From the NCBI GenBank assembly GCA_044229845.1, contig JBGASG010000011.1, forward strand, positions 1 to 64,000: a DNA stretch of 64,000 bases, read 5' to 3'. Origin of the DNA: Candidatus Obscuribacteraceae bacterium. GTDB lineage: Bacteria > Cyanobacteriota > Vampirovibrionia > Obscuribacterales > Obscuribacteraceae. A model generated the notes under the pieces. That model was not told the origin of the DNA and searched no databases. It was given only the letters and a program-made list of their open reading frames with translations. Shown one piece after another: positions 47,750 to 57,179 of the stretch (its first letter is position 1; each line of letters starts with the position of its first letter). The translations under genes were made by a program, and so were the position numbers.

Positions 47750-48778
47750 TCACTGGGGCGGCAGCGACATCAGATACTCGGTGATACTCTTGACCTCTTG
47801 TGGAAACAACCCCGGGTTGACCATTTTGGTCGGCTGCTTCCCCTGGGAGATCCGCTTAAAGTGAGCATCCGGGTTGAAAATATGAGACTCAATATACTCG
47901 CGACTACGGCGCTGTCCAACGCCATCCAGTTTTGGCGCCAGTGAACCGCCTTGCTGACTGATGCTGTGGCAGGACAGGCAGCCCATCTCAACGATCAGCC
48001 TTCGCCCTTCAGGGCTTGGGTTCACAGCACCGCCGGCAACATCATCAGGCTTGACCGAAGCAGGGGTGGCGTGGGTCATGGGTGCTGCTGGTGTGGTCGC
48101 GGAGAGCGTGTGCAGATAGGCGATTAAAGCAGAAACGTCTTGAGAAGCGAACCGTGGATGCGGAAACAGCTCATCGTGCTTGATCAGTTTCACAAATTGA
48201 GCTTCGTTACTTTTGCCCAGTCGCAGGCGCAAATAGTTGTCGGTGCGTCGTTTGGTCACCGCTCCCAGAGGCGGACCCATGCAGCCACCGGCCGAACTTA
48301 TGCTGTGGCACATTACACAGTTGAGACTGTTATAAAGCTCCTTCCCTCGCAGCGCCGCCGCGCCGGTTTCGCTGTTTTTGCCCGCACTGGTCTGAACCGG
48401 ATTGGCAGCCAGCAAATAGTCGGCAATACTGCCTGCCTCCTCTTTGGAGAGCTGCATTTGCGGCATCAAGTTAGGATCGCCACCGAAAGCTTTTCCGTTT
48501 TTGGCGACGCTGGCTTCCGGGTCCAGCAAATGCTGAATGATGAAACTGCGCGTGCGATGCAAGTGATCGAGAGAAACACCACCCTCGGCCCCGGCACCGT
48601 CCATAGTGTGACACGTCAGGCATTGCTGAGCCTTGATCAGAGCCAGCCCACGTTTCGCCTGCGGCGAATTCTTGGCGGGCTGAGGTTGTTTGGGCGGCGG
48701 CGCTGAGTCAGCCCGGTCCCCGGCACAGACAAAAAGGCAGGCAAGGAATAGCAATCCGGCTTTTGCTGCTGTTTTCAT
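47750..48778 (-). CDS. Secreted trihaem cytochrome c
   Basis: Signal peptide; CLTCH, CVMCH, CLSCH in three class-I-like domains. Confidence 0.9.
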   Translation of the reverse strand: MKTAAKAGLLFLACLFVCAGDRADSAPPPKQPQPAKNSPQAKRGLALIKAQQCLTCHTMDGAGAEGGVSLDHLHRTRSFIIQHLLDPEASVAKNGKAFGGDPNLMPQMQLSKEEAGSIADYLLAANPVQTSAGKNSETGAAALRGKELYNSLNCVMCHSISSAGGCMGPPLGAVTKRRTDNYLRLRLGKSNEAQFVKLIKHDELFPHPRFASQDVSALIAYLHTLSATTPAAPMTHATPASVKPDDVAGGAVNPSPEGRRLIVEMGCLSCHSISQQGGSLAPKLDGVGQRRSREYIESHIFNPDAHFKRISQGKQPTKMVNPGLFPQEVKSITEYLMSLPPQ

Positions 48779-48818
48779 AATTTCCTTCAGAGGTTCGATA
48801 CGATTGTATTCGAGTTGC

Positions 48819-50141
48819 TCAAGAATACCAACGGAACGCAGAGCATTGCCGCTCCAGATCCTCCCTGAATTTAGGATGTGCGATAGTAATCAGCGCCCGC
48901 GCCCGCTCCTTCAGAGTCTTGCCATAAAGCTGTGCGATACCGAATTCGGTGACAACGTAATGCACGTCGGCACGGCTGGTCACCACACCGCTGCCAGGAG
49001 GAAGCAAGGCGCTGATGCGAGAAACGGTTTCATCTTTTGCGGTGGATGGCAGCGCGATAATCGCCTTGCCTCCGCGGGCCCTCGCCGCACCGCGGATGAA
49101 GTCCACCTGCCCGCCGAAGCCGCTGTAGAGAAAGCTCCCTATACTGTCTGCCGACACCTGCCCTGTCAAGTCCACCTGCAGCGCCGAGTTGATCGCTGTC
49201 ATCTTATAGTTCTGAGAGATTACAAATGGGTCGTTTATGAAATCGCTGGTTTGAAATTCGACGGCGGGATTGTTGTCCACGAAGTCATAAAGGCGCCGAC
49301 TGCCCATGACGAAACTGACCGCAATTTTGCCCGGCAAAATTGTCTTGGCGTCGTTCGTGATAGTGCCGCACTCCACCAGGTCGAGGATGCCGTCAGACAG
49401 CATTTCGCTGTGGACGCCGAGATTGCTCTTGCCGCGGATCGCACGCAATATCGCGTCGGGGATACGCCCGATTCCCAGCTGTAAGGTAGCTTCATCCTCG
49501 ACCAGAGACGCCACATTCAGTCCAATTCGCTCCTCTACCTCAGATGGTTGATCAGGCAGCAGCTCGGGCAGCGATTGGTCGCATTCCACAATGTGGTCGA
49601 GCCGACTGACATGTACGAAGGAGCGCCCCAGCGTGCGCGGCATTTGCTTGTTGACCTGGGCAATTACAATGCGCGCCTGTTTACGCGCGGCGAGCGTGCA
49701 ATCTACAGAGACGCCATAACTGCAAAAGCCGTGTCGATCAGGGGGCGAAACCTGTACCAGGCAAACATCAATTGGAATTTGCCCCGTCAAAAACAGATTC
49801 GGAATTTCGCTCAAAAATACCGGTAAATAATCGCCACGTCCACTGTTAATGCAATCCCTGACATTAGAGCCAATGAAAAGAGCGTGTACATTGAAAGATT
49901 GCGACAGCTCAGGCTTCGCGTAATCCGCCTCGCCCAAAGTTAGAATCTGGATGATATTGACGCCGCGAAGTTCCGGCGCCCGCTTCACCATGGCATCGAT
50001 GAGAGCACGCGGAGCGGCAGCGTTGGAGTGAATATAGACGCTGTCACCGGAACGAATCCGTCGCACCGCATCCTCGGCCGAACAAAGTTTCTTCCTGTAC
50101 TCAGTTAGCCAGGGCGCTTTTTCGATCAAATCACTGGTCAC
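48819..50141 (-). CDS. Acetyl-CoA hydrolase/4-hydroxybutyrate CoA-transferase family
   Basis: SPPDRHGFCSYG, LQLGIG.IP, LGVHSEM, INSALQVDLTGQV, GGQVDFIRGA, VVTEFG; GTG 50141 with GAGGAGG. Confidence 0.94.
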   Translation of the reverse strand: MTSDLIEKAPWLTEYRKKLCSAEDAVRRIRSGDSVYIHSNAAAPRALIDAMVKRAPELRGVNIIQILTLGEADYAKPELSQSFNVHALFIGSNVRDCINSGRGDYLPVFLSEIPNLFLTGQIPIDVCLVQVSPPDRHGFCSYGVSVDCTLAARKQARIVIAQVNKQMPRTLGRSFVHVSRLDHIVECDQSLPELLPDQPSEVEERIGLNVASLVEDEATLQLGIGRIPDAILRAIRGKSNLGVHSEMLSDGILDLVECGTITNDAKTILPGKIAVSFVMGSRRLYDFVDNNPAVEFQTSDFINDPFVISQNYKMTAINSALQVDLTGQVSADSIGSFLYSGFGGQVDFIRGAARARGGKAIIALPSTAKDETVSRISALLPPGSGVVTSRADVHYVVTEFGIAQLYGKTLKERARALITIAHPKFREDLERQCSAFRWYS

Positions 50142-50210
50142 CGATTGCCTCCTCGAAGCGCAGCGTTTCACGTCACGGTCTCATTGTCACCGCGAGCCGG
50201 ACCGCAAACA

Positions 50211-50226
50211 TCAGCCGGAAGGGTGG
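50211..50226. promoter_or_regulatory. Island box (TCAGCC-GGAA-GGGTGG)
   Basis: 69 bp upstream of the CoA-transferase start. Confidence 0.5.
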
Positions 50227-50275
50227 ATTAAACCCGCCGGAGTAAGTATTGAGGCTACGCGAGACCGCAGTCCCG

Positions 50276-51232
50276 TTAGCTCACATAAGTCTTGAGCGAC
50301 GTTCGCTTGGCACGTTCGCGCAGCTTCCGCATAGCGGTTATCTCAAGCTGTCGTGCCCGCTCGCGGCTTATACCCAGTTGTTTTCCAGACTCTTCCAGCG
50401 ATTGACACTGACCGCCTGTCAGTCCAAACCGCAACTCGATTACTCGTCGCTCTTGTGGACGCAGGCATTGCAGAAGACCGCGAACATCACGCTGCAGAAG
50501 GCTGGTCTCAGCGGCCGCCTCCGGTGAGTTGCTTTCATTTGTGTCCGTGACCATGTCGTGCAGAGATACTTCCGACTCGGCATTCGGTTGCATATCCAGG
50601 GAGACTACAGGCACACCCGCCTTGATAGCAGCCTCGACTTTAGTGGCAGGCAGGTTACAGTTTTTGCCGATCTCTTCTATGGAAGGTTGGCGGCCGAGGT
50701 CATGACGAAGCTTTTGCGATGATTTGGCGACTTTCTGGCGCGCCTCTTGAATGTGCACCGGCAACCTGACCAGCGACGCTTTGTCTTGAATGGCACGCTG
50801 TATCGACTGGCGTATCCACCAGGTGACGTACGTCGAAAGCCGGAAGCCGCGCGAGGGATCGAATTTCTTGACACCGGTAATTAATCCTAACGTGCCCTCT
50901 TGAATCAGATCTTGCAAACTTAGATTTGGATTGGAACTCGAGTATTTTTTCGCGATACTCACAACCAGTCGCAAATTGGATTGGATTAACTTGTTTCTGG
51001 CTCTTAGATCGCCACCATGAGAGGCTATCGCCAGCTGCATTTCCTTTTCGCGGGACAGTATTTCGTGATTGCAGATACGCGACAAGAAGTCTGGGTCGGA
51101 TTTTTTCGACTCCTCGACTTCATCGACTGATGATTCAGTTTCGTCGTCTTCGGCGCTGTTTTCATCGGCAAAGTCTTCGAGAATCATGCCGATATCGTCG
51201 TGAAATTTACGCGATGTTTTTTTGCTATGCAT
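50276..51232 (-). CDS. RpoD/SigA-family alternative (group 2-like) sigma-70 factor
   Basis: NLRLVVSIAKKY, DLIQEG.LGL, GFRLSTYVTWWIRQ, VSLD, region 4 SRERARQLE. Confidence 0.94.
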   Translation of the reverse strand: MHSKKTSRKFHDDIGMILEDFADENSAEDDETESSVDEVEESKKSDPDFLSRICNHEILSREKEMQLAIASHGGDLRARNKLIQSNLRLVVSIAKKYSSSNPNLSLQDLIQEGTLGLITGVKKFDPSRGFRLSTYVTWWIRQSIQRAIQDKASLVRLPVHIQEARQKVAKSSQKLRHDLGRQPSIEEIGKNCNLPATKVEAAIKAGVPVVSLDMQPNAESEVSLHDMVTDTNESNSPEAAAETSLLQRDVRGLLQCLRPQERRVIELRFGLTGGQCQSLEESGKQLGISRERARQLEITAMRKLRERAKRTSLKTYVS

Positions 51233-51350
51233 GCGGGAAGCTTATCTTTTAAGCCTTTGGAAACCTGATCACGCGGATCCGCGATCAACTACCAACTTCG
51301 ACGCCTGAAAAGCTCAGCTGTTCCGGGTTACGAGCTGAAGAAATAATGAA

Positions 51351-51378
51351 GAAACCGCACCAGGGATGGTGCGGTTTC
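51351..51378 (-). terminator. Rho-independent terminator after the MBL-rhodanese gene
   Basis: 12-bp stem GAAACCGCACCA/TGGTGCGGTTTC followed on the minus strand by a T-rich tail. Confidence 0.7.
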
Positions 51379-51413
51379 GGCGTCAGTGTGTTCCAACAAA
51401 ACTAACCCTTTTG

Positions 51414-52820
51414 CTATACGGAGGCTGTGACCATATCCGTTTCGAGCAAATATCCGGCCGCGTCCCAGGACTCAGTGCCACCAAGCACATTGACAACACC
51501 GGTATGTCCCGCGCGCTCGAGAACGCTCTGCGCGATAGCAGAGCGATAGCCGGCCGCACAGACCACCGCCACTGTCACCTCCCTGGACAATTCATAAAGA
51601 CGCTCCGGCAAACTAGCCAAAGGTATGTTGACCGCATCGGGAATATGTCCCAGCTCATACTCGCGCAATCGACGCACATCGAGTATCTGCAGAATGGTGC
51701 CGCACATGACTTTCTCGTAAAGGTCATCGACATTGGTTATTAATGCCGGCGTCACCTCAAAGTCGTCTTCGTGCCAGTCCAACCAGCCGTCTTCAAGATA
51801 ACCGCCAATCTTCTCCAGACCAACTCGAGCAAGTGAGCAAACTGCCTCTTCTACCGCATCATGATTGGCTGCCGCGAGAATAATGGTAGCGCAGTGCGGA
51901 ATCAAAGTTCCAGCCCAGGACGAAAAGCCGAGACCGGACGGAATGTGCAGGGAACCCACCAGGTGCGCATCCGTGTATTCTTTGTTAGTGCGCACATCCA
52001 GCAAGACCGCACCTTGATTGAGCATTGCCCGCGTGCGGGCAGATCCGAGTGCCTGCGGACGCGGCAGGGAGCTGAACCATGTGGCGCCCTGCCGATTGAT
52101 TTTCACATCCTCGGAGAAGTAGGCCGGTATCTCCGGCGTATGCTCGGTGACAAGCGAGATGAAAGATTCTCTGGACATTGGCTTGAGCGCGTAGTTAATT
52201 CGCTTCTGTCGTCCAATCGTGGAAGTCAGCTCCTTGCCGATTCTCTTCCCACAAAGCGAGCCGGCACCGTGAGAGGGGTAAAGCTCAGTCTCATCTGCAA
52301 GCTTCAGTATTTTGTCGTGCAGGCTGTCATACAGAAGTCCTGCCATCTCGCCTTCAGGATGCCCCTGCGACGCGGCCAGGTCAACCCGTCCAACATCGCC
52401 GCAAAACAAGGTGTCGCCCGAGAACAACTTCTCGGGACTGGTGGCGTCACTGGTATCACGCACCAACAAGCAGATGCTATCAATTGTGTGACCGGGTGTT
52501 TCCAGAACAGTAATTTCCAGAGTCCCCAGTTTGATCACGGCGCCGTCGCCCTTTGTCACGTGCGGGAAACGCAATGCCCTCGACTGGGCGCCGACAATGA
52601 TCTGGGCTCTGGTCCGCTCCGCCAACTCGCGATGACCACTGACGAAATCAGCATGCATGTGAGTCTCGATCACGTACCGGATTTTCAGTCCCGCGGCTTC
52701 GGCTTCGTCTATATAGCAATCGACATCGCGTTGCGGGTCTATTACAGCTGCTTCGCCTCCAGACCCGATCAGGTATGAAGCATGCGCCAGGCAAGGCTGA
52801 TAGAACTGTTTGAGAAACAT
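51414..52820 (-). CDS. MBL-fold persulfide dioxygenase-like protein fused to two rhodanese domains
   Basis: ETHMHADFVSG, TPGHT, SGDTLF.GDVGR.DL, HGAGSLCG; rhodanese LDVR and VCAAGYRS. Confidence 0.92.
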   Translation of the reverse strand: MFLKQFYQPCLAHASYLIGSGGEAAVIDPQRDVDCYIDEAEAAGLKIRYVIETHMHADFVSGHRELAERTRAQIIVGAQSRALRFPHVTKGDGAVIKLGTLEITVLETPGHTIDSICLLVRDTSDATSPEKLFSGDTLFCGDVGRVDLAASQGHPEGEMAGLLYDSLHDKILKLADETELYPSHGAGSLCGKRIGKELTSTIGRQKRINYALKPMSRESFISLVTEHTPEIPAYFSEDVKINRQGATWFSSLPRPQALGSARTRAMLNQGAVLLDVRTNKEYTDAHLVGSLHIPSGLGFSSWAGTLIPHCATIILAAANHDAVEEAVCSLARVGLEKIGGYLEDGWLDWHEDDFEVTPALITNVDDLYEKVMCGTILQILDVRRLREYELGHIPDAVNIPLASLPERLYELSREVTVAVVCAAGYRSAIAQSVLERAGHTGVVNVLGGTESWDAAGYLLETDMVTASV

Positions 52821-52884
52821 GCAGATACCCCTTTTTCAGACGAGCAACTGCAATTGATACTAGCTGGCGAACGCAACTAATTCA

Positions 52885-52900
52885 TCATCCCTGAGAGGTA
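52885..52900. promoter_or_regulatory. Island box (TCATCC-CTGA-GAGGTA)
   Basis: Between the divergent MBL-rhodanese (64 bp away) and NRAMP genes. Confidence 0.65.
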
Positions 52901-53017
52901 TGCGTTTGTGTCAGTCGACTGCCTCCCCCGAGATTTGCAGTCAGATAACCAATCCAATGACCGATGCGTCGTGCCTTGCCGGTTGCTAGATTGCACAGTA
53001 GGAAACTGAGCGATGAG

Positions 53018-54319
53018 ATGAGTTCGATGGCAAATGAGGTGCTAGAGTCGAATAAAAAAGGCCCAGCGCGTCTGTCCTCTTTGATCAAGAGTGTTGGACC
53101 TGGCGTGGTGACCGGCGCCGCCGATGACGATCCATCGGGGATCGTCACCTATACGGCTGCGGGATCGTCCTTTGGCTTTGGCTTTCTCTGGACCGCGCTC
53201 CTCACCTATCCGCTTATGTGCGCGGTAGAGTACATGTCGGCTAAAGTTGCTCTCGTCACAGGAGAGGGGCTGTCCGGGGTAATCAAAGAGCATTACGGAT
53301 CGAAAGTTGTTTTTGCGACTCTGGCTATATTGCTAATAGCCAACACGATCAATGCAGGTACTGATATTGGAGCAGTGGCGGCCGCAATCAATTTGCTGGC
53401 ACCAAAACTTCCTATTAGCTGGTTGATCATTCCCGTAGGTATGGTTGTGATTGCGCTCCAGGTTCTGTGCTCGTATGCAATGCTGAGACGAGTATTACAG
53501 TGGCTGACCGTCTCGCTGTTGGCCTATGTGGCCACCATCTTTTTCGTGAAGGTAGACTGGTCGTCCGTCATCTACAACACTATCGTTCCCCATCTGCAGC
53601 TCACTAAAGAATCAATGGCGATGTTGGTTGCAATACTGGGCACGACCATTTCGCCGTACTGCTTATTTTGGCAAGCGACGGAGGAAGTGGAAGAAGAGAG
53701 GGCGCAAGGCCGCGTAGAACGCAGTCAGAGGCTTGGCGTCACCGATAAGGAATTACGCGGTGCTGTTGACGATATCGACTTTGGCATGATGCTTTGTATC
53801 GGCGTCATGTACTCCATAATGCTCACGAGTGCCTGTGCCATTGACGGAGTTCACGGCATACAAATCAAGACCGCCGCGGATGCCGCTAGAGCCTTGCGAC
53901 CGCTGGCCGGTCCGGCAGCCGAACTGCTCTTCGCCGTTGGCATCATCGGCACCGGCTTGTTGGCAATTCCTGTACTAACCGCATCAGCAGCCTATGCACT
54001 GTCAGAAGCTTGGGGCTGGCAAGCGACCCTAGACACCAAACCATCTAAGGGTATCGGGTTCTACACCGTCATAATTGCGTCCGTCGTGATCGGCATCACT
54101 CTCGTCGAAGCGGGCGTCAATCCCATCTCTGCTCTGGTGTGGACCGCAGTATTGAACGGACTGCTGGCGCCACCGCTTCTGGTGCTGCTGATGTTGATTG
54201 CCAACAACAGGAATATCATGGGCACACGAGTTAATAGTTTGGGCGAGAATATCTTGGGCTGGTCAGCAGCCGGTATTATGACAGTCGCAGCCCTGCTTCT
54301 ATTTTTCTTGATGTTTTGA
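53018..54319 (+). CDS. NRAMP-related divalent metal transporter
   Basis: GPGVVTGAADDDPSGI.TY, LGTTISPY, about 11 TM segments; start 53018 or 53027. Confidence 0.9.
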   Translation: MSSMANEVLESNKKGPARLSSLIKSVGPGVVTGAADDDPSGIVTYTAAGSSFGFGFLWTALLTYPLMCAVEYMSAKVALVTGEGLSGVIKEHYGSKVVFATLAILLIANTINAGTDIGAVAAAINLLAPKLPISWLIIPVGMVVIALQVLCSYAMLRRVLQWLTVSLLAYVATIFFVKVDWSSVIYNTIVPHLQLTKESMAMLVAILGTTISPYCLFWQATEEVEEERAQGRVERSQRLGVTDKELRGAVDDIDFGMMLCIGVMYSIMLTSACAIDGVHGIQIKTAADAARALRPLAGPAAELLFAVGIIGTGLLAIPVLTASAAYALSEAWGWQATLDTKPSKGIGFYTVIIASVVIGITLVEAGVNPISALVWTAVLNGLLAPPLLVLLMLIANNRNIMGTRVNSLGENILGWSAAGIMTVAALLLFFLMF

Positions 54320-54332
54320 TTTCGTGCAAAGA

Positions 54333-54380
54333 AAAAACTGCGCAGAACCGGAGATTTCAGCATGGTACTGCGCAGTTTTT
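54333..54380 (+). terminator. Inverted repeat/terminator after the NRAMP gene
   Basis: AAAAACTGCGCAG (54333-54345) … CTGCGCAGTTTTT (54368-54380). Confidence 0.7.
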
Positions 54381-54535
54381 GAGTTGTCTTTACAAGGTCG
54401 AGCTTCGGTCGTTGCGGAAGTGGAAGTGGAATCAGTCTCAGGTATCAGTGTATGCATCAATCTATCCGAACAAAAGACACAAGACATCCGCACTGAGGAT
54501 GATTACCGTCTGGTAACTAGCTCAAAGACTCCCGC

Positions 54536-54551
54536 TCAGCCTTTAGGATGA
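54536..54551. promoter_or_regulatory. Island palindromic box TCAGCC-TTTA-GGATGA
   Basis: Full consensus match upstream of the second histidine kinase; weaker copy at 54487-54502. Confidence 0.72.
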
Positions 54552-54667
54552 CTGCAATTCTAGATTCACTCCTGGGATTGAAGACATGATGTTCCCTCGC
54601 GCTGATAATCCAAGTATAGCTACAAGGAGTTCCGTCTCTCTTAACTTCAGTCTTCAGTCAGACTCTC

Positions 54668-56446
54668 GTGTTAAGCGCAAAATACAATCCGTTCCGCGCT
54701 CTCACTTCGACACTGCGAGGTCGACTAGTCCTGCTCGTCTGTCTGGCTACATTGCCTGCGGTTCTGTTTACGCTTTATATGGCAGAAGGTGAACGGACGG
54801 CAACCTTGAAGCGGCATGAGGACGAAGGACAGCAAATTCTGAGAACCATTTCTCGCGATCATCTATACCAGATTGCCGGGGCCAAGAGTCTTTTGCAATG
54901 GCTGGCAGACAAGCTGGAAAATGACGAGAGTATTTCTTTTCTGCGTGACGCCAATTATCTCAACGCCTTTCTCTCAGGCTACCCGCAATTGGGAAACATT
55001 GCCGTCCTTGAGCCCAACGGAAATGTTTACGCCAGTGCTCGACCGCTAACTGAGCCGATTAACATGTTCAATTACGAGGCTATTCAGCGAGCCCTGAAAT
55101 CCCATGAGATTGAAACAGGCGGATATGCAATCGGTCCGATTGTAAAACGCCCGCTTTTGCACCTCTCGAAAGCCGTACGAGATAAAAGAGGAAACGTACG
55201 TTGGGTTGTCTTTGTGGCGCTCGATCTGGAGTACTTAAGCAAGCTGTGTGAACAGGCACAACTACCCGGCGAGCAAGTGCTTCTAATTGTCGATCGCGAT
55301 GGAACTGTACTGGCACACTCCAAAGCCGAGCACTCGACAGAGTACGCCACAGGTAAGCGAGTTCGTGAATTAGCTGAGCACGAGAACTCTCAAGGCGGTG
55401 ATCAAGTTCGACAGCCGGGCGCCATTGTTTTTAAACAAACGCCTTTGCAGGTGCCCGGTCTTTCGCTGGCAGTTTCCATTCCCACCAAACGAATACACGC
55501 CGAGGCCAATGCATCGTTTATTCGCATGACCACTATTCTTTCACTCCTGACTCTGTCTACAGTAGCTTCGGTTGTCTTTCTCGAAGAATTTTCGTTGCTC
55601 CGTTCTTTGCGATATCTGTCCACATGTACCCGTCGCTTTGGAGATGGAGACTATTCGGTGCGCATGAAAATTCCTCGCGGCTACGGCGAGCTGGAGCGCA
55701 TGGCCGATGTTTTCAACACCATGGCTGAACAGCTGGCGCAAAGGCATCAGGAAATCATAGCCTCCAACGCTCACTTCGACAAACTAACTCGTCACCTTCA
55801 AATTGCTCGCGAATCGGAATGCTTGAGAATTGCTCGGGACCTGCATGATGAGGTCGGGCAGGTATTGACCAGCATTAAGTTGGATTTGAGTTGCTTTCAG
55901 CCGCACTGCACTCAAAAGGATACGCTGCCCTGTGAAAACCACGTCGATCTGATCAAGACCAAGCTCGACGACCTGATTTCGTTTATCCGCACAATCGCAT
56001 CAGACTTGCGTCCACCAGTCCTCGATCGGATGGGGCTGGTAAAAGCCATTCAACTTCTGGCAAGAACCATCGAACGACAGAGCGACTTGATGATCGAAGT
56101 CGAAGCGCAGGTGGAAGAACCCCTCGATTGGCTGACATCAATCACCGTTTATCGGATTGTGCAAGAATCGCTGACAAATGTAGTAAGACACGCCCAGGCA
56201 ACTGAGGCAACCGTACGATTATCCACGGATGGGAGTCATATCCAGTTGAAAGTGCAAGACAACGGCAAGGGGTTTGTCGAGCCACAGAGCAACGAGCGAG
56301 AGGCACTGGGCATTCTGGGCATGCGAGAGAGGACTCGTTTGATAAATGGCACGTTCCTGATCTACAGCGGGATCGGCCGCGGCACCACTGTTGAGGCGTC
56401 TATTCCACAAGTGCAGCCTAACGAAAATGCGCATCTTGCTAGCTGA
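54668..56446 (+). CDS. Membrane sensor histidine kinase (Cache-like, HAMP, HisKA_3)
   Basis: Two TMs around an extracytoplasmic domain, HAMP (GELERMADVFNTMA), RIARDLHDEVGQ, QESLTNVVRHA, DNGKGF, GMRER. Confidence 0.93.
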   Translation: MLSAKYNPFRALTSTLRGRLVLLVCLATLPAVLFTLYMAEGERTATLKRHEDEGQQILRTISRDHLYQIAGAKSLLQWLADKLENDESISFLRDANYLNAFLSGYPQLGNIAVLEPNGNVYASARPLTEPINMFNYEAIQRALKSHEIETGGYAIGPIVKRPLLHLSKAVRDKRGNVRWVVFVALDLEYLSKLCEQAQLPGEQVLLIVDRDGTVLAHSKAEHSTEYATGKRVRELAEHENSQGGDQVRQPGAIVFKQTPLQVPGLSLAVSIPTKRIHAEANASFIRMTTILSLLTLSTVASVVFLEEFSLLRSLRYLSTCTRRFGDGDYSVRMKIPRGYGELERMADVFNTMAEQLAQRHQEIIASNAHFDKLTRHLQIARESECLRIARDLHDEVGQVLTSIKLDLSCFQPHCTQKDTLPCENHVDLIKTKLDDLISFIRTIASDLRPPVLDRMGLVKAIQLLARTIERQSDLMIEVEAQVEEPLDWLTSITVYRIVQESLTNVVRHAQATEATVRLSTDGSHIQLKVQDNGKGFVEPQSNEREALGILGMRERTRLINGTFLIYSGIGRGTTVEASIPQVQPNENAHLAS

Positions 56447-57056
56447 CGATCACTCGATGTTCCGCGCCGGACTGCGCCGGATAATCGAAGACTGCCGACC
56501 TGGTGTTTGTATCGTAGAAGCCGCTTCGTGTGATGAGTGCTTGCAGATTGCCCGTGCCGGCAAGTTGGATTTGATAATTCTGGATGTGTCCATGCATTCC
56601 CAAAACAGTCTGGGCATCTTGCCTGAAATCAAGAATTGTCAGCCTCATACACCGATCATGATGCTCAGTATGCATGCCGACACTGAGTTTGTTGTGCAGG
56701 CACTGCGAGCCGGAGCGTCGGGCTATTTGACAAAGGAGCACACTGCAGAGGAGCTGATTCGAGCAATCGACACTGCCCTCTCCGGGCAGCGCTACGTCAG
56801 TTCATCGCTGGCAGAAAACCTGGTTGATCTTATCGCTGGCGGCACATCGGACAAGCCGCACGAAGCCCTATCGGTACGCGAGCGAGAAGTATTCTTGTTA
56901 ATCGCAGCCGGAAAATCACTGTCCGAAATTGCCAGGCTTCTCTCGTTGAGCACCAAGACGGTAAGCACATACAGAACCAGAATCTTGGAAAAAATGGCGC
57001 TCGGTTCCAATGCCGAGTTGATGCGATATGCACTACGCAACAAACTGGTTGACTGA
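56427..57056 (+). CDS. NarL/UvrY-type response regulator
   Basis: MRILLADDH, LDVSM, LSMH, HTH LSVREREV..KTVSTYRTRILEKM. Confidence 0.95.
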   Translation: MRILLADDHSMFRAGLRRIIEDCRPGVCIVEAASCDECLQIARAGKLDLIILDVSMHSQNSLGILPEIKNCQPHTPIMMLSMHADTEFVVQALRAGASGYLTKEHTAEELIRAIDTALSGQRYVSSSLAENLVDLIAGGTSDKPHEALSVREREVFLLIAAGKSLSEIARLLSLSTKTVSTYRTRILEKMALGSNAELMRYALRNKLVD

Positions 57057-57080
57057 CCAACGCTCTGCAAGCATTTAGCA

Positions 57081-57099
57081 TGTAGGAATTCTTCCTACA
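57081..57099. promoter_or_regulatory. Palindrome TGTAGGAA-TTC-TTCCTACA, candidate site for the adjacent regulator
   Basis: 8-3-8 perfect inverted repeat between the RR and the TDT transporter; resembles the GacA/UvrY TGTAAG-N6-CTTACA class. Confidence 0.65.
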
Positions 57100-57179
57100 C
57101 ACTGCGTCGTCTTAATTCCGACTGAACAATGAGAATTTCGCCGATAGGCAGAATTCGGCTCTGGGGTCACACTGTTAGT

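Noticed and set aside
51861..52778. 305-aa plus-strand ORF and similar long antisense ORFs (10961-11593, 21899-22627, 48690-49484)
   Set aside because: Fully or largely antisense to well-supported genes and lacking family motifs.
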